From an uncultured Campylobacter sp. (lineage in GTDB: Bacteria; Campylobacterota; Campylobacteria; Campylobacterales; Campylobacteraceae): 64,000 nucleotides of DNA. Made by a program: the position numbers and the translations under genes. The notes under the pieces are model-generated. The model did no database searches and was not told the origin of the DNA. It saw only the letters and a list, made by a program, of their open reading frames with translations. The stretch covers positions 45,970 to 109,969 of the forward strand of contig CAURQE010000008.1 of assembly GCA_963527315.1 (NCBI GenBank), given 5' to 3'. Of the stretch, positions 49,621 through 59,976 are shown piece by piece. Each line of letters opens with the position of its first letter. Within the stretch, counting starts at the first letter, position 1.

Positions 49621-51330
49621 ATGAAAAACAAAGTGTTGTATGTAGCTACTTTCTTAGTGGCTGTCGTACTCGGTGCGGCTATGTTCGCGCTTTTTACGGA
49701 TATCGGCGCCAAAAAAGCCGAAGAAAAGATGTATCCGCTAATGCTAAATAAGGTAAGCGAACTTGAGCCTGATTTTGAAAAATGGGGCGCAAATTTCCCA
49801 AATCAGCTCGATGCTTACAAGAAAATGGAGCATAAAAGCGACGCAAATCCAAAAGGAAGCGAATTTGTAGAAACGGCTTTCGGCGGCTATTTACCTTATA
49901 GCAAGATTATTCGCTGGCCTGCGGCTACAGTGTTTTGGAACGGCTATGCATTCGGCGTAGATTACAGCAAACCTAGAACTCACTACTACTCTCAGATAGA
50001 TCAGATCGAAACCAAAAGAAACGATAAAGAGTATCTAAACGCTCACGGGCTTCCTGCATTTAAGGGTCAGCCAGGATATTGCGTCAATTGCCACACCGGA
50101 TATTTAACCGCGCTTCAAGTTGATGGCGATTATAACCTAACTGCCGATCCTACGCCTGCTGCAACTAAGCCTATGCCGTTTTTCGACGTAATGCCTAAAG
50201 AGGAAGGCGAAAAGAGAAAAGCCGCGTGGACGAAGATGAACTCTATTCCGTATTTTGACGTCATGAAAAAGATCGCGGCTAAACACGGCGAGAGTATCCA
50301 CGGCTCGCACTTAGGTAGCACCTGTGCAGACTGCCACTCGCCAGATGATATGAGTCTAAGAGTTACAAGACCCGCATTCGTAAACGCAATGGTCGCTAGA
50401 GGCTACCAAGCCGACGCAAAAAGCGGTATAAAGGCCACCAGACAAGAGATGAGAAGCTATGTTTGTATGCAGTGCCACGTAGAATACTATCCTGCAGGCA
50501 AAGAATCCGTTTTAACCTTCCCTTGGAATTTCTGGAAGAAAGACGAGCCGTTTAAGATCGAGAATTTCGACCAATACTATGACGATCAGTTAGCCAAAGA
50601 GGACGGGTTTAAATTTGACTACATCCACAAAGATACCGGCGCTAAAATCATCAAGATGCAGCACTCAGAAGCTGAGCTAAGCTCAACCGGTATCCACGGA
50701 AGAAGCGGCGTAACGTGCGCTGATTGTCACATGCCGTATAAACGCGCCGGAGCTCAAAAGATCACCGAGCATGAAATTTTAACTCCGCTTGCCGATATAA
50801 ACGCGGCTTGCAAAACTTGCCACCCGCAAAGCGAACAAGTGCTAAAAGATAGAATTTCATTCGTACAAAATCGCCACGCTTACGAGCTAAGAAACTGCGA
50901 AAATGCGCTACTTTCTTTGATCCAAGACATAAAAACGGCCAGAGCCGAGCTAGCTAAGCATGAGAAATTTGCTTCGATCGCCGATGAAAAAGAGAGAAAA
51001 GAAGCTATCAGTAAGGCTCTTGAAAAGACTCTTTACTTACACCGCAAAACTCACATCCGCTGGGACTTCGCATTTAGCGAAAACAGCTACGGCTTCCACG
51101 GAGACGAAGAGTCGGCTAGGATCCTAGGTCAATGTAAAGAATTTGCTCGCCAAGGACAAACCGAGCTAGTTAACGAGCTTGCGCCTTACGGCATCAGCAT
51201 CAAGCTAACTCAAGAGGCTACTCCGGTTCCTGCGCCTGCTTCTTTAGGACATAAATATCCTATCGGCGTAGCGCCTACCGAAGCTATGAAAAAAGCCGAC
51301 GAAGACGTTAAGAATCTAAATTTTAAATAA
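49621..51330 (+). CDS. nrfA: pentahaem cytochrome c nitrite reductase NrfA (all five haem motifs are CXXCH)
   Basis: 569 aa. Motifs CVNCH, CADCH, CMQCH, CADCH, CKTCH. RBS AGGAGG upstream. Confidence 0.92.
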   Translation: MKNKVLYVATFLVAVVLGAAMFALFTDIGAKKAEEKMYPLMLNKVSELEPDFEKWGANFPNQLDAYKKMEHKSDANPKGSEFVETAFGGYLPYSKIIRWPAATVFWNGYAFGVDYSKPRTHYYSQIDQIETKRNDKEYLNAHGLPAFKGQPGYCVNCHTGYLTALQVDGDYNLTADPTPAATKPMPFFDVMPKEEGEKRKAAWTKMNSIPYFDVMKKIAAKHGESIHGSHLGSTCADCHSPDDMSLRVTRPAFVNAMVARGYQADAKSGIKATRQEMRSYVCMQCHVEYYPAGKESVLTFPWNFWKKDEPFKIENFDQYYDDQLAKEDGFKFDYIHKDTGAKIIKMQHSEAELSSTGIHGRSGVTCADCHMPYKRAGAQKITEHEILTPLADINAACKTCHPQSEQVLKDRISFVQNRHAYELRNCENALLSLIQDIKTARAELAKHEKFASIADEKERKEAISKALEKTLYLHRKTHIRWDFAFSENSYGFHGDEESARILGQCKEFARQGQTELVNELAPYGISIKLTQEATPVPAPASLGHKYPIGVAPTEAMKKADEDVKNLNFK

Positions 51331-51335
51331 ACCCC

Positions 51336-51367
51336 AAAACCCAAGGCCTGCGGGCTTTGGGTTTTTT
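51336..51367 (+). terminator. rho-independent terminator after nrfA
   Basis: Stem AAAACCCAAGGCC / GGCTTTGGGTTTT (one G-U pair) with loop TGCG, followed by a T-run, 6 nt after the stop codon. Confidence 0.75.
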
Positions 51368-51483
51368 AAATTTACGCATTTATCTTTCAAATTTTTAAAT
51401 CCGAATTTTTCTTATAAATTTAAATTTTATTGTTTATTTAGCCGTTTTAGGCGATAATTCCCGTTAAATTTAAAGGGTAAAAT

Positions 51484-51939
51484 ATGCTTAAAAAATTTAT
51501 TTTTGCTGTGCTTGCGGCGAGCCTGGTTTTTGGCGCGCAAGAACTTGCGATAAAGACAAAGCCTTCGTCAAATTCGCCGTCGAATTTAGAGACGAATCTG
51601 GAAGAAAGGGACGAATCGCAAAAACGCGTAGATGAATGTATGCAAAAAGATAGCTCCATCGCCGGTATGGTAGGGTGTATAAATGCCGAATTCGCCGTTC
51701 AAGATAAAATTTTAAACAAAAACTATAAAAAGGCTATGAGCGTACTAAACGACGAAAATAAAAAAATCCTAAAAGATATACAGCGTAAGTGGGTTACTTA
51801 TAAAGAGGCAAAATGCGCTTTTTATCCTCAGCAAGGCTCGATTCACCGTCTAGATGCGGCCGATTGCTATTTGCAGATGACTAAAGAGCGCGCGACCGAG
51901 CTTGCGGATATAGTTGGCGAATTTGAGGGCAATCAGTGA
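51484..51939 (+). CDS. DUF1311 / LprI-like (lysozyme-inhibitor-like) secreted protein
   Basis: 151 aa. Signal peptide. 'LNKNYKKAMSVLNDENKKILKDIQRKWVTYKEAKC' is the DUF1311 pattern. GTGA overlap with lpxB. Confidence 0.65.
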   Translation: MLKKFIFAVLAASLVFGAQELAIKTKPSSNSPSNLETNLEERDESQKRVDECMQKDSSIAGMVGCINAEFAVQDKILNKNYKKAMSVLNDENKKILKDIQRKWVTYKEAKCAFYPQQGSIHRLDAADCYLQMTKERATELADIVGEFEGNQ

Positions 51940-52976
51940 AGCTACTCGTCTCTTGTTTGGAGGCTTCTGCAAATTTGCACTTCGAGCAGGTTTTAGAGCA
52001 TCTGCCAAAGTGCGAACTAAAAGGCATTTTTGACGAGAAATTCGGCGAGCCTTTTATGCCAAGCTCGGAGTTTTCCGCGATGGGCTTCGTGGAGGTTTTG
52101 CCGCTTTATTTTAAGGCAAAGCGCGCGATAAAAGAGATGACTCGCCTAGCTGAGCAGTGCGACGCCGTGCTGCTCATTGATAGTCCCGCCTTTAACTTGC
52201 CGCTAGCTAAGGCAATCAAAGAAGCGGGCATCAAAAAGCCCGTGACCTACTACATCTTGCCGCAGGTGTGGGCGTGGAAGGCTGGGCGCGTGGCGAAAGT
52301 CGAGGCGTACTGCGATCATTTGGCGTCGATTTTGCCCTTTGACGGGATGTATTTTAACCGCTCGCGCTACGTCGGACACCCGCTACTTGACGAGCTAAGA
52401 GTACGAAAAAACGAGCTTTTACAAAGCGGTAAGATCGCCTTTATGCCCGGATCCCGCCGTGCCGAAATTTCGCGGTTGATGCCGATTTTTCGCGAGGTAG
52501 CGAGCCGTATAAAAGACAAAGAAAAACTGCTCGTCGTGCCGCCTTTTTTGGCAGACGAAATGCAAATTTATGGCGACGTTAGCGACTTTAGCGTGGTTAC
52601 GGACGCGCCACGCGCGCTTTTACAAAGCGAGTTTGCCTTCATCTGCTCAGGTACCGCGACGCTGCAGGCCGCGCTCGTGGGCACGCCGTTCGTGCTAGCT
52701 TATAAAGCTAAAGCAATCGATATAATGATCGCGCGGATGTTTGTGAAGCTGCGCCACATCGGGCTTGCAAATATAATGTTTGATTTTATGGGCGAAGAGG
52801 CGCTGCACGAGGAGCTACTGCAAGAGGAAGTAACGCCCTACAATCTAATAAAAGCCTACGAGAGCTGCGATAAAAAGAAATTTATCGCTGGCTGCGAAAG
52901 GCTGCGAAGATACTTAAAACACGGCTCTGCGGCTAGCGTAGCGCAAATTTTAATAACTAAAAAGGATGAAAAATGA
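51936..52976 (+). CDS. lpxB: lipid-A-disaccharide synthase
   Basis: 346 aa. '[14 protein letters not shown]', '[11 protein letters not shown]', '[10 protein letters not shown]', '[10 protein letters not shown]'. Confidence 0.9.
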   Translation: MKLLVSCLEASANLHFEQVLEHLPKCELKGIFDEKFGEPFMPSSEFSAMGFVEVLPLYFKAKRAIKEMTRLAEQCDAVLLIDSPAFNLPLAKAIKEAGIKKPVTYYILPQVWAWKAGRVAKVEAYCDHLASILPFDGMYFNRSRYVGHPLLDELRVRKNELLQSGKIAFMPGSRRAEISRLMPIFREVASRIKDKEKLLVVPPFLADEMQIYGDVSDFSVVTDAPRALLQSEFAFICSGTATLQAALVGTPFVLAYKAKAIDIMIARMFVKLRHIGLANIMFDFMGEEALHEELLQEEVTPYNLIKAYESCDKKKFIAGCERLRRYLKHGSAASVAQILITKKDEK

Positions 52977-53461
52977 CCGAACCTATGACGCTTTTCGGGT
53001 ATGAAAAAATCACGAACGAACTAAAAAACCTAAAGACGGTCGAAAGGCCCAATATAGTCGAAGAAATCGACATCGCGCGCAGTCACGGCGACCTAAAAGA
53101 AAATGCCGAATACCACGCCGCACGCGAAAAGCAGGCGTTTATAGAAAGTCGTATAGCCGAGCTAAGCGACATAGTAAGCCGCGCTAAGGTAATCGACCCC
53201 GCCCAGTACGAGCACGATAAAGTAAAATTCGGCTCAACAGTCGTCATCATGGACGTAGAAACCGAGCTAGAAAAGACCTACACGCTAGTGGGTACGCCGG
53301 AGAGCAACCTAGAGCGCGGTCTAATCTCTATAAACTCGCCTCTAGCCAAACAGCTAATCGGCAAGAGCGAGGGCGACGAGGTCGCGCTAAATTTACCAAA
53401 CGGTAGAAGCGACGTAGAAATCGTATCTGTTAGCTACAAACCGATAAAATTTGAGGACTGA
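52973..53461 (+). CDS. greA: transcription elongation factor GreA
   Basis: 162 aa. '[23 protein letters not shown]' and C-terminal '[15 protein letters not shown]'. Confidence 0.95.
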   Translation: MTEPMTLFGYEKITNELKNLKTVERPNIVEEIDIARSHGDLKENAEYHAAREKQAFIESRIAELSDIVSRAKVIDPAQYEHDKVKFGSTVVIMDVETELEKTYTLVGTPESNLERGLISINSPLAKQLIGKSEGDEVALNLPNGRSDVEIVSVSYKPIKFED

Positions 53462-53779
53462 TGAGAGAGTTTGCGGGGGCGGTTAGTATCAAATTTATTC
53501 GTGGGGCGGATAGTTTTGCGGCCGTTTTTAGATTAAACAAAAAACCCATAAACGCGGCAAGTACCGCCAAAATTGCGGTTAAATTTATGCTACCGGGAGT
53601 AGCGAGTAAATTTGATTTGGTGCAGATTTTACCGCCTTTAAATTTGAGGGTAGGTTTTAAAATCTCGGGTTTGCCGAGCGCTAAATTTTTAAAAATCGCT
53701 TTAGCAAAATTTGCCCTACCGAGTTCGCGCGACTTTAGGTTTGCGGCTGCGAATTTAACGCTTAAAAAAGCAAAATTTT

Positions 53780-54520
53780 ATGCCTGAGCCGATCGTTATA
53801 AAAGAGGGAGCGATATTTATCGCCGACTCGCATGAAAACGAAAATCGTAAAAATTTCCTACGATTTTTATACGCGTTAAAAAGCGGCGAGATAAAGACGC
53901 CGCAGCTGTTTTTGATGGGCGATATGTTTGATTTTTTAGCCGCGCAGTGCGAGTTTTTCGTCAAATTTTACGAGCCTTATATCGACGTCATAAACGAGAT
54001 AAGCGAAAAAACGGAAATTTATTATTTCGAGGGAAATCACGATTTTAATCTCGCCCCGCTTTTTAAAAACGTCAAAACCTATCCTATCGGCACGCAGCCG
54101 GTTAAATTTGCTTCAAAGTGTCAAAAATGCGTTTTTATCGCGCACGGAGATATATTTTTGCCTTTGGTTTCAAAATATGCTTTGAGATTTTTACGCGTCA
54201 AAATTTTTTTAAAGACGATGAATTTTTTCGATAAATTTTTAAATTTTAGACTCTCAAAACGAATTTTAAATAAGCTTAAACGAAAAATTTTAGACTATAA
54301 AATCCCTAATTTTAAAGAGCTAGCCGAAGCTAAAGTATATCGGTATAACGGCCTATGTAAGGCTGATATCGTCATCGAAGGGCACTATCATCAAGGAGAT
54401 ATTTTTGAGCTTGGTTCTCAAAAATATGTAAACGTGCCGTCTTTTGCATGCGAGCAAAGCTATTTTATAGTAGAATACGTGCCAAATATCAAGTTTGCTC
54501 GAAAGAGCGTAAAGGTTTAA
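53780..54520 (+). CDS. calcineurin-like metallophosphoesterase (UDP-2,3-diacylglucosamine hydrolase-like; Cj0286c-position homolog)
   Basis: 246 aa. 'IFIADSHE', 'LMGDMFDF', 'EGNHDF', 'AHGD', 'IEGHYH' phosphoesterase motifs. Confidence 0.7.
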   Translation: MPEPIVIKEGAIFIADSHENENRKNFLRFLYALKSGEIKTPQLFLMGDMFDFLAAQCEFFVKFYEPYIDVINEISEKTEIYYFEGNHDFNLAPLFKNVKTYPIGTQPVKFASKCQKCVFIAHGDIFLPLVSKYALRFLRVKIFLKTMNFFDKFLNFRLSKRILNKLKRKILDYKIPNFKELAEAKVYRYNGLCKADIVIEGHYHQGDIFELGSQKYVNVPSFACEQSYFIVEYVPNIKFARKSVKV

Positions 54521-54521
54521 A

Positions 54522-55463
54522 ATGCTTAACAATGGTGAACTAAAAACCGGTTCAAACGAGATGGAACTTGTTGATTTTCGTATCTTTAAACAATCAGGCG
54601 ACAAGGTATATGAGGGCATATACGGCGTCAATGTCGCAAAGGTGCGCGAAATCATCAAAATGCCGAATTTAACCGAACTCCCCGGAGTACCCGAGTATAT
54701 CGAGGGGATTTTTGATTTACGCGGGGTCGTGATACCCGTGATAAATTTAGCCAAATGGATGCAGATAAATGAGCCCAAAGACGCGGCGATCAAGCCTCGC
54801 GTAATCATCGCGGAATTTAGCGAAATTTTGATAGGTTTTATCGTCCATGAGGCAAAACGCATTAGGCGTATAAGCTGGGCGGATATCGAGGCAGCGACCT
54901 TTGCTTCAAATGCTGGGACGCTGGATAAAGGCAAAATAACGGGCGTAACTCGCATCGAAAATGACGAGGTTTTGCTCATACTAGATCTTGAAAGCGTAGT
55001 AGAAGAGCTTGGCATCTATAGTCCAAAAATAGAGGTCGAAATCGATCAAAGCAAGCTTTTAAGCGGCCTGGCACTAGTGCTAGACGATAGCTCGACGGCT
55101 AGAAAGCTCGTAAAAGACACGCTAGAAAAAATGGGGCTAAAAGTGGTAGAGGCAAAAGACGGCGTAGAGGGGCTTGCTAGGATGGAGGATCTTTACGAGA
55201 TGTACGGCGATAAGCTAAGCAATTTTTTAAAGGTCATATTAAGCGATATAGAGATGCCGCAGATGGATGGATACCGATTTGCCTCGACGATAAAAGACGA
55301 TCCTAGGTACGCGGGAATTCCTATTATATTTAACTCGTCTTTAAGCAACGACTACAGCGAAGCTCAAAGTAGGGAAGCGGGAGCTGCGGCGTATCTGACC
55401 AAATTTGATGCGACGCTATTTTATAACGAGGTGCTTCGAGTAATCGAGGCGCACAAGAAATAA
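54522..55463 (+). CDS. cheV: chemotaxis protein CheV (CheW domain plus receiver)
   Basis: 313 aa. CheW-like N-domain. REC with 'LVLDDSSTARK' and 'DIEMPQMDG'. Confidence 0.92.
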   Translation: MLNNGELKTGSNEMELVDFRIFKQSGDKVYEGIYGVNVAKVREIIKMPNLTELPGVPEYIEGIFDLRGVVIPVINLAKWMQINEPKDAAIKPRVIIAEFSEILIGFIVHEAKRIRRISWADIEAATFASNAGTLDKGKITGVTRIENDEVLLILDLESVVEELGIYSPKIEVEIDQSKLLSGLALVLDDSSTARKLVKDTLEKMGLKVVEAKDGVEGLARMEDLYEMYGDKLSNFLKVILSDIEMPQMDGYRFASTIKDDPRYAGIPIIFNSSLSNDYSEAQSREAGAAAYLTKFDATLFYNEVLRVIEAHKK

Positions 55464-55474
55464 GGGGGGAAATC

Positions 55475-57835
55475 ATGGACGATATGAAAGAAATAATGGA
55501 AGACTTCCTGGTCGAAGCCTTCGAACTAGTAGAGCAAATAGACCATGATCTCATAGAGCTTGAGTCAAATCCTGAGGATTTAGAGCTTTTAAATAGAATT
55601 TTCCGCGTCGCGCATACGGTTAAAGGATCATCAAGCTTTTTAAATTTCGACATCCTTACTAAGCTCACCCACCACATGGAGGACGTACTAAACAAAGCCC
55701 GCCGCGACGAGCTAAAAATAACTCCGGACATAATGGATGTGGTGCTAGAGTCCGTGGATATGATGAAAGGACTGCTGCACGGCATCAGAGATAGCGGTAA
55801 CGACACGGATGTGGGCATCGATATAGAAGATATCTGCAAAAGACTAACCGCGATATCTGAAGGCGAAGCTCCGAGCGCTGCTGCTAGCAATCCGGCTCCC
55901 GTAGAGCCCGAGCCAGTAGCGGAGGCGCCAAAAGAGCCTGAGCAGGGACCCGTTAGCGATGAAAATTTGTCAAATTTAAGCGACGACGAGGTCGAAGCCG
56001 AGATAGAAAGACTGCTAAAAATAAGAAAAGCCGAGGATCAAGCAAGGCGCGCTCAAAAAGCAACCGGAGGCGAAGCGCCAAAGCCTGCCGCACCGGCCGC
56101 ACCGCAAGCTGCCGCTCCCTCAAATTCGGCTCCGACTCCAAAACCCGCTCCCGCAAAACCTGCCGATAAAAAAGAGGAGAAAAAAGTTCCTGCGACCGGA
56201 GGAGGAGGAAGTACGGACGAGCAGACTATACGCGTCGAGGTTAAGCGCCTAGATCACCTGATGAATCTGATCGGCGAGCTGGTGCTTGGCAAAAACAGAT
56301 TGCTTAAAATTTACGACGACGTCGAGGAGAGATATGAGGGCGAGAAATTCCTCGAGGAGCTAAATCAAGTCGTATCTAGCCTAAGCCTGGTAACTACCGA
56401 CATCCAGCTAGCCGTTATGAAAACGAGGATGCTGCCTATCGCGAAGGTATTTAATAAATTCCCTCGCATGATCCGCGATCTAAGCCGCGAGCTAAATAAG
56501 CAAATCGACCTTGAGATCACGGGCGAAGAGACGGAGCTGGATAAATCCATCGTCGAGCAAATCGGCGATCCTCTCGTTCATATGATAAGAAACTCGTGCG
56601 ACCACGGTATCGAAGACGGCGCGACCAGACTAGCCGCGGGAAAACCGGAAAAAGGCACCATACAGCTAAAAGCCTATAATGAAGGCAATCATATCGTAGT
56701 CGAGATCACCGACGACGGCAAAGGGCTAGACGCCGAGATGCTAAAGGCTAGATCGGTCGAAAAAGGTATTATCACCGAGCGCGAGGCTGATGCGATGAGC
56801 GATAAAGAGGCGTTTGGGCTTATATTTAAGCCGGGATTTTCGACTGCAGCAAAGGTAACTAACGTAAGCGGCCGCGGTGTGGGAATGGACGTCGTAAAGA
56901 CCAATATCGAAAAGCTAAACGGCATAATCGACATCGAAAGCGAAGTGGGCAAGGGTACGACTATGAAGCTAAAAATCCCGCTCACGCTAGCCATTATACA
57001 GTCGCTTTTAGTAGGTGCGCAGGAGGAATTTTTCGCTATCCCTCTAGCTAGCGTTTTAGAGACCGTGCGAGTGCCTATCGACGATATCTACACGATCGAT
57101 GGCAAAAACGTGCTTAGACTACGCGACGAAGTACTTTCGCTGGTTAAGCTATCAGACATCTTCGGCGTCAAGCAGGTCTTTGACGGCGGCGATCAGACCT
57201 ATGTGGTCGTTATCGGCGTAGCGGAGGCGAAGCTTGGCATCATCGTAGATAGCCTCGTAGGACAAGAGGAGATCGTAATTAAATCAATGGGCGATTATTT
57301 ACAAAACATTCCTGGAATCGCAGGCGCCACGATAAGAGGCGACGGCCGCGTAACGCTAATCATCGACGTGGGCATGATGATGGAGATGGCAAAAGACATA
57401 AAAGTAGACATAAAAGCTAGTATAGAGGCCTCAAAGAGCGTAAAGGAAAAACCGAGCGATTATAAGGTGCTAATCGTAGACGACTCGAAGATGGATAGAA
57501 CCATAATGCAAAAATCGCTCGCGCCTCTTGGCGTAACGGTGATAGAGGCTACTAACGGCGTAGAGGCTCTAGCTATCGTAAAATCGGGCGAACATGCGCT
57601 TGATGCGATGCTAATAGATATCGAGATGCCGAGAATGGACGGCTATACGCTAGCGGGCGAAATTAGAAAGTATTCAAAATATAGAAATTTGCCGCTAATA
57701 GCGGTAACTTCAAGAACGTCAAAAACCGACAGGCTAAGAGGCGTGGAAGTAGGAATGACTGAGTATATAACTAAGCCGTATTCGTCCGAGTACCTTGAAA
57801 ACGTAGTTAGAAAAAATATCAAACTAATAGGATAG
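55475..57835 (+). CDS. cheA: chemotaxis histidine kinase CheA with C-terminal receiver (CheAY)
   Basis: 786 aa. Hpt 'AHTVKGSS'. Pro/Ala-rich linker. HATPase 'DDGKGLD...GRGVGMDVV'. CheW-like domain. REC 'LIVDDS...DIEMPRMDG'. Confidence 0.95.
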   Translation: MDDMKEIMEDFLVEAFELVEQIDHDLIELESNPEDLELLNRIFRVAHTVKGSSSFLNFDILTKLTHHMEDVLNKARRDELKITPDIMDVVLESVDMMKGLLHGIRDSGNDTDVGIDIEDICKRLTAISEGEAPSAAASNPAPVEPEPVAEAPKEPEQGPVSDENLSNLSDDEVEAEIERLLKIRKAEDQARRAQKATGGEAPKPAAPAAPQAAAPSNSAPTPKPAPAKPADKKEEKKVPATGGGGSTDEQTIRVEVKRLDHLMNLIGELVLGKNRLLKIYDDVEERYEGEKFLEELNQVVSSLSLVTTDIQLAVMKTRMLPIAKVFNKFPRMIRDLSRELNKQIDLEITGEETELDKSIVEQIGDPLVHMIRNSCDHGIEDGATRLAAGKPEKGTIQLKAYNEGNHIVVEITDDGKGLDAEMLKARSVEKGIITEREADAMSDKEAFGLIFKPGFSTAAKVTNVSGRGVGMDVVKTNIEKLNGIIDIESEVGKGTTMKLKIPLTLAIIQSLLVGAQEEFFAIPLASVLETVRVPIDDIYTIDGKNVLRLRDEVLSLVKLSDIFGVKQVFDGGDQTYVVVIGVAEAKLGIIVDSLVGQEEIVIKSMGDYLQNIPGIAGATIRGDGRVTLIIDVGMMMEMAKDIKVDIKASIEASKSVKEKPSDYKVLIVDDSKMDRTIMQKSLAPLGVTVIEATNGVEALAIVKSGEHALDAMLIDIEMPRMDGYTLAGEIRKYSKYRNLPLIAVTSRTSKTDRLRGVEVGMTEYITKPYSSEYLENVVRKNIKLIG

Positions 57836-57838
57836 AAC

Positions 57839-58336
57839 ATGAACGACAAACTAAATCAGGTTCTAAAAAGACAAAAAAGACAGGTGATAGACCCGAGCGA
57901 AAAAGAGCGCGAGGAGATCGTCCAGCTAGTCGGCTTTATCGTTGGCGACGAGGAGTATGCGATACCTATTTTAAATATCCAAGAGATCATTAAACCGATC
58001 GAATACACTCGCGTACCTAGCGTGCCTGAGTATGTTTTGGGCGTATTTAACCTGCGCGGTAGCGTCATCCCGCTAATCGATTTGAGAAAGAAATTTTCTC
58101 TAAACGCCGCAAAACCGAGCCCAAGTACGAGGTATATCGTGATGAAAGAGGGCGATAACGTCGCGGGATTTGTGATCGATAGATTAACGGAAGCCATCAG
58201 AATACAGCAAAACAGGATCGATCCGCCGCCTGAAACGCTTTTAAAAGACAAAGGCATGATTTACGGTATCGGCAAAAGAGATAATAATATCCTTACGATT
58301 TTAAAAGTCGAAGCGCTGCTAAAACGCGATTTTTAG
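57839..58336 (+). CDS. cheW: chemotaxis coupling protein CheW
   Basis: 165 aa. 'EEYAIPILNIQEII...VPSVPEYVLGVFNLRGSVIPLIDLR'. Confidence 0.93.
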   Translation: MNDKLNQVLKRQKRQVIDPSEKEREEIVQLVGFIVGDEEYAIPILNIQEIIKPIEYTRVPSVPEYVLGVFNLRGSVIPLIDLRKKFSLNAAKPSPSTRYIVMKEGDNVAGFVIDRLTEAIRIQQNRIDPPPETLLKDKGMIYGIGKRDNNILTILKVEALLKRDF

Positions 58337-58344
58337 GGCTAAAT

Positions 58345-58968
58345 TTGATAAAGCTTTGCGTATTTGATTTTGACTCGACATTGATGGACGGCGAGACGAT
58401 AGATTTTCTAGCTGCGGCAAAGGGTGCGGGCGATGAGGTCAGTGAAATAACTGCAAAAGCGATGGCGGGCGAGCTTGATTTTTTTGAGAGTTTAACGCGC
58501 CGCGTTTCGCTTTTAAAGGGGCTTGAGCTTGCTAAAGTAGATCAAATTTGCTCAAATTTGCCACTAATGCCAGGAGCTACCGAGCTGATCGCACATCTAA
58601 AAAGTAAAGGCGTCAAGGTCGTTGTTTTTAGCGGAGGATTTCACTCTGGTACGGATAGAGCGCAAGAGAAGCTTAAATTTGACGCTAGCTTTGCAAACAT
58701 CCTACATCACAAAGACGGCGTCCTAACCGGGCTTGTGGGCGGCGAGATGATGTTTGGCTTTTCAAAGGGCGCGATGCTTGCAAATTTACAAAATTTGCTT
58801 GGAATTTCAAAAGAGCAGACGATGAGCGTGGGCGACGGCGCCAACGACCTATCAATGTTTGAGCATTCAAATTTAAAAATCGCGTTTTGCGCGAAGCAAA
58901 TTTTAAGGCAAGCGGCAACTTGTTGCGTGGATAAAAAAGATTTGCGCGAGATCATAAATTTGATATAA
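58345..58968 (+). CDS. serB: phosphoserine phosphatase
   Basis: 207 aa. HAD 'FDFDSTL', 'SGGF', 'GDGANDL'. TTG start. Confidence 0.85.
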   Translation: MIKLCVFDFDSTLMDGETIDFLAAAKGAGDEVSEITAKAMAGELDFFESLTRRVSLLKGLELAKVDQICSNLPLMPGATELIAHLKSKGVKVVVFSGGFHSGTDRAQEKLKFDASFANILHHKDGVLTGLVGGEMMFGFSKGAMLANLQNLLGISKEQTMSVGDGANDLSMFEHSNLKIAFCAKQILRQAATCCVDKKDLREIINLI

Positions 58969-58980
58969 AAGGCGAGAAAA

Positions 58981-59976
58981 ATGTTTAATAACGATATAAA
59001 TTTTTCATTGTGGTGCGACTTTATCGAGCGTGACTTTTTGCAAGACGAGTTTAAAAATTTACTTCAAATAGGCGCTATTAACGGCGTGACCTCAAATCCA
59101 TCCATCTTTAAAGCCGCGTTTTTGTCGGACTCCTACAAGGACGTCATCGGCCAAATGAGCAAAAAATATCCAAAGGCGCTTTACGAGGCGCTCGCGGTGC
59201 AAGATATCAAGATAGCCGCGACCAAGCTTTTGAGGCATTACGCAAACGGCGACGACGGGTTTGTTAGTATCGAGGTCGATCCTAGCTTTTGCGATAACGC
59301 TGTAGCTACGGTGGATGAGGGCGCTAGACTGCACGCAGAAATCGGCATGCCAAACGTCATGATCAAAATCCCTGCGACAAAAGCCGGCTTTGAAGCTATG
59401 AGCGCATTAACCGCGCGCGGTATCGCGGTAAATGCGACGCTAATTTTCTCGCCGGAGCAAGCCGTAGCGTGTTTGGATGCTTTTGAAGAGGGCGTAAAGG
59501 CTTACGAGAAAAAATTTCCGCTAACGCCGCTACCAAAAAGCGTGATTAGCATTTTTGTTAGCAGATTTGATCGCTTGCTGGATGAAAAAATGCGCGAAAA
59601 CTCGCTACCGACGGGTCAAATCGGCATCATGAACGCGACTAAAATTTATAAAATCATAGAAAACAGAAGCTTGCCGACGACAAGAGCGCTATTTGCTAGT
59701 ACGGGCGTAAAGGGCGATGAGCTGACAAGGGATTATTACGTAAAAGAGCTAATGTATCAAAATGCGGTAAATACGGCTCCGCTTGATACTATCAAAGCCT
59801 TTATCGCTGGTAAAAACGAACCTAAAACCGCCGTTAGCGACGATAGCATAGAGAAATTTTTCGGAGTGGTAAAAAGAGCCGACATAGACATGGAAAAGGT
59901 TTACAAAGACTTGCTAAACGACGGTTTAAAGCAGTTTGTGACGGCATTTGAAGATATAATGAAAGCATTAAAATGA
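58981..59976 (+). CDS. tal: transaldolase
   Basis: 331 aa. 'GVTSNPSIF', 'VSIEVDP', 'IKIPAT.AG'. Confidence 0.88.
   Translation: MFNNDINFSLWCDFIERDFLQDEFKNLLQIGAINGVTSNPSIFKAAFLSDSYKDVIGQMSKKYPKALYEALAVQDIKIAATKLLRHYANGDDGFVSIEVDPSFCDNAVATVDEGARLHAEIGMPNVMIKIPATKAGFEAMSALTARGIAVNATLIFSPEQAVACLDAFEEGVKAYEKKFPLTPLPKSVISIFVSRFDRLLDEKMRENSLPTGQIGIMNATKIYKIIENRSLPTTRALFASTGVKGDELTRDYYVKELMYQNAVNTAPLDTIKAFIAGKNEPKTAVSDDSIEKFFGVVKRADIDMEKVYKDLLNDGLKQFVTAFEDIMKALK

Noticed and set aside
53461-53787. 108-aa ORF between greA and the metallophosphoesterase gene
   Set aside because: The product is dominated by KF/AKF repeats that simply translate AAATTT words. It overlaps the next gene's start and has no RBS. 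I treated it as spacer DNA.
54353-55890. Large minus-strand ORFs (54353-55015, 220 aa; 55330-55890, 186 aa) opposite cheV and cheA
   Set aside because: Ser-rich antisense shadows of strongly conserved chemotaxis genes.
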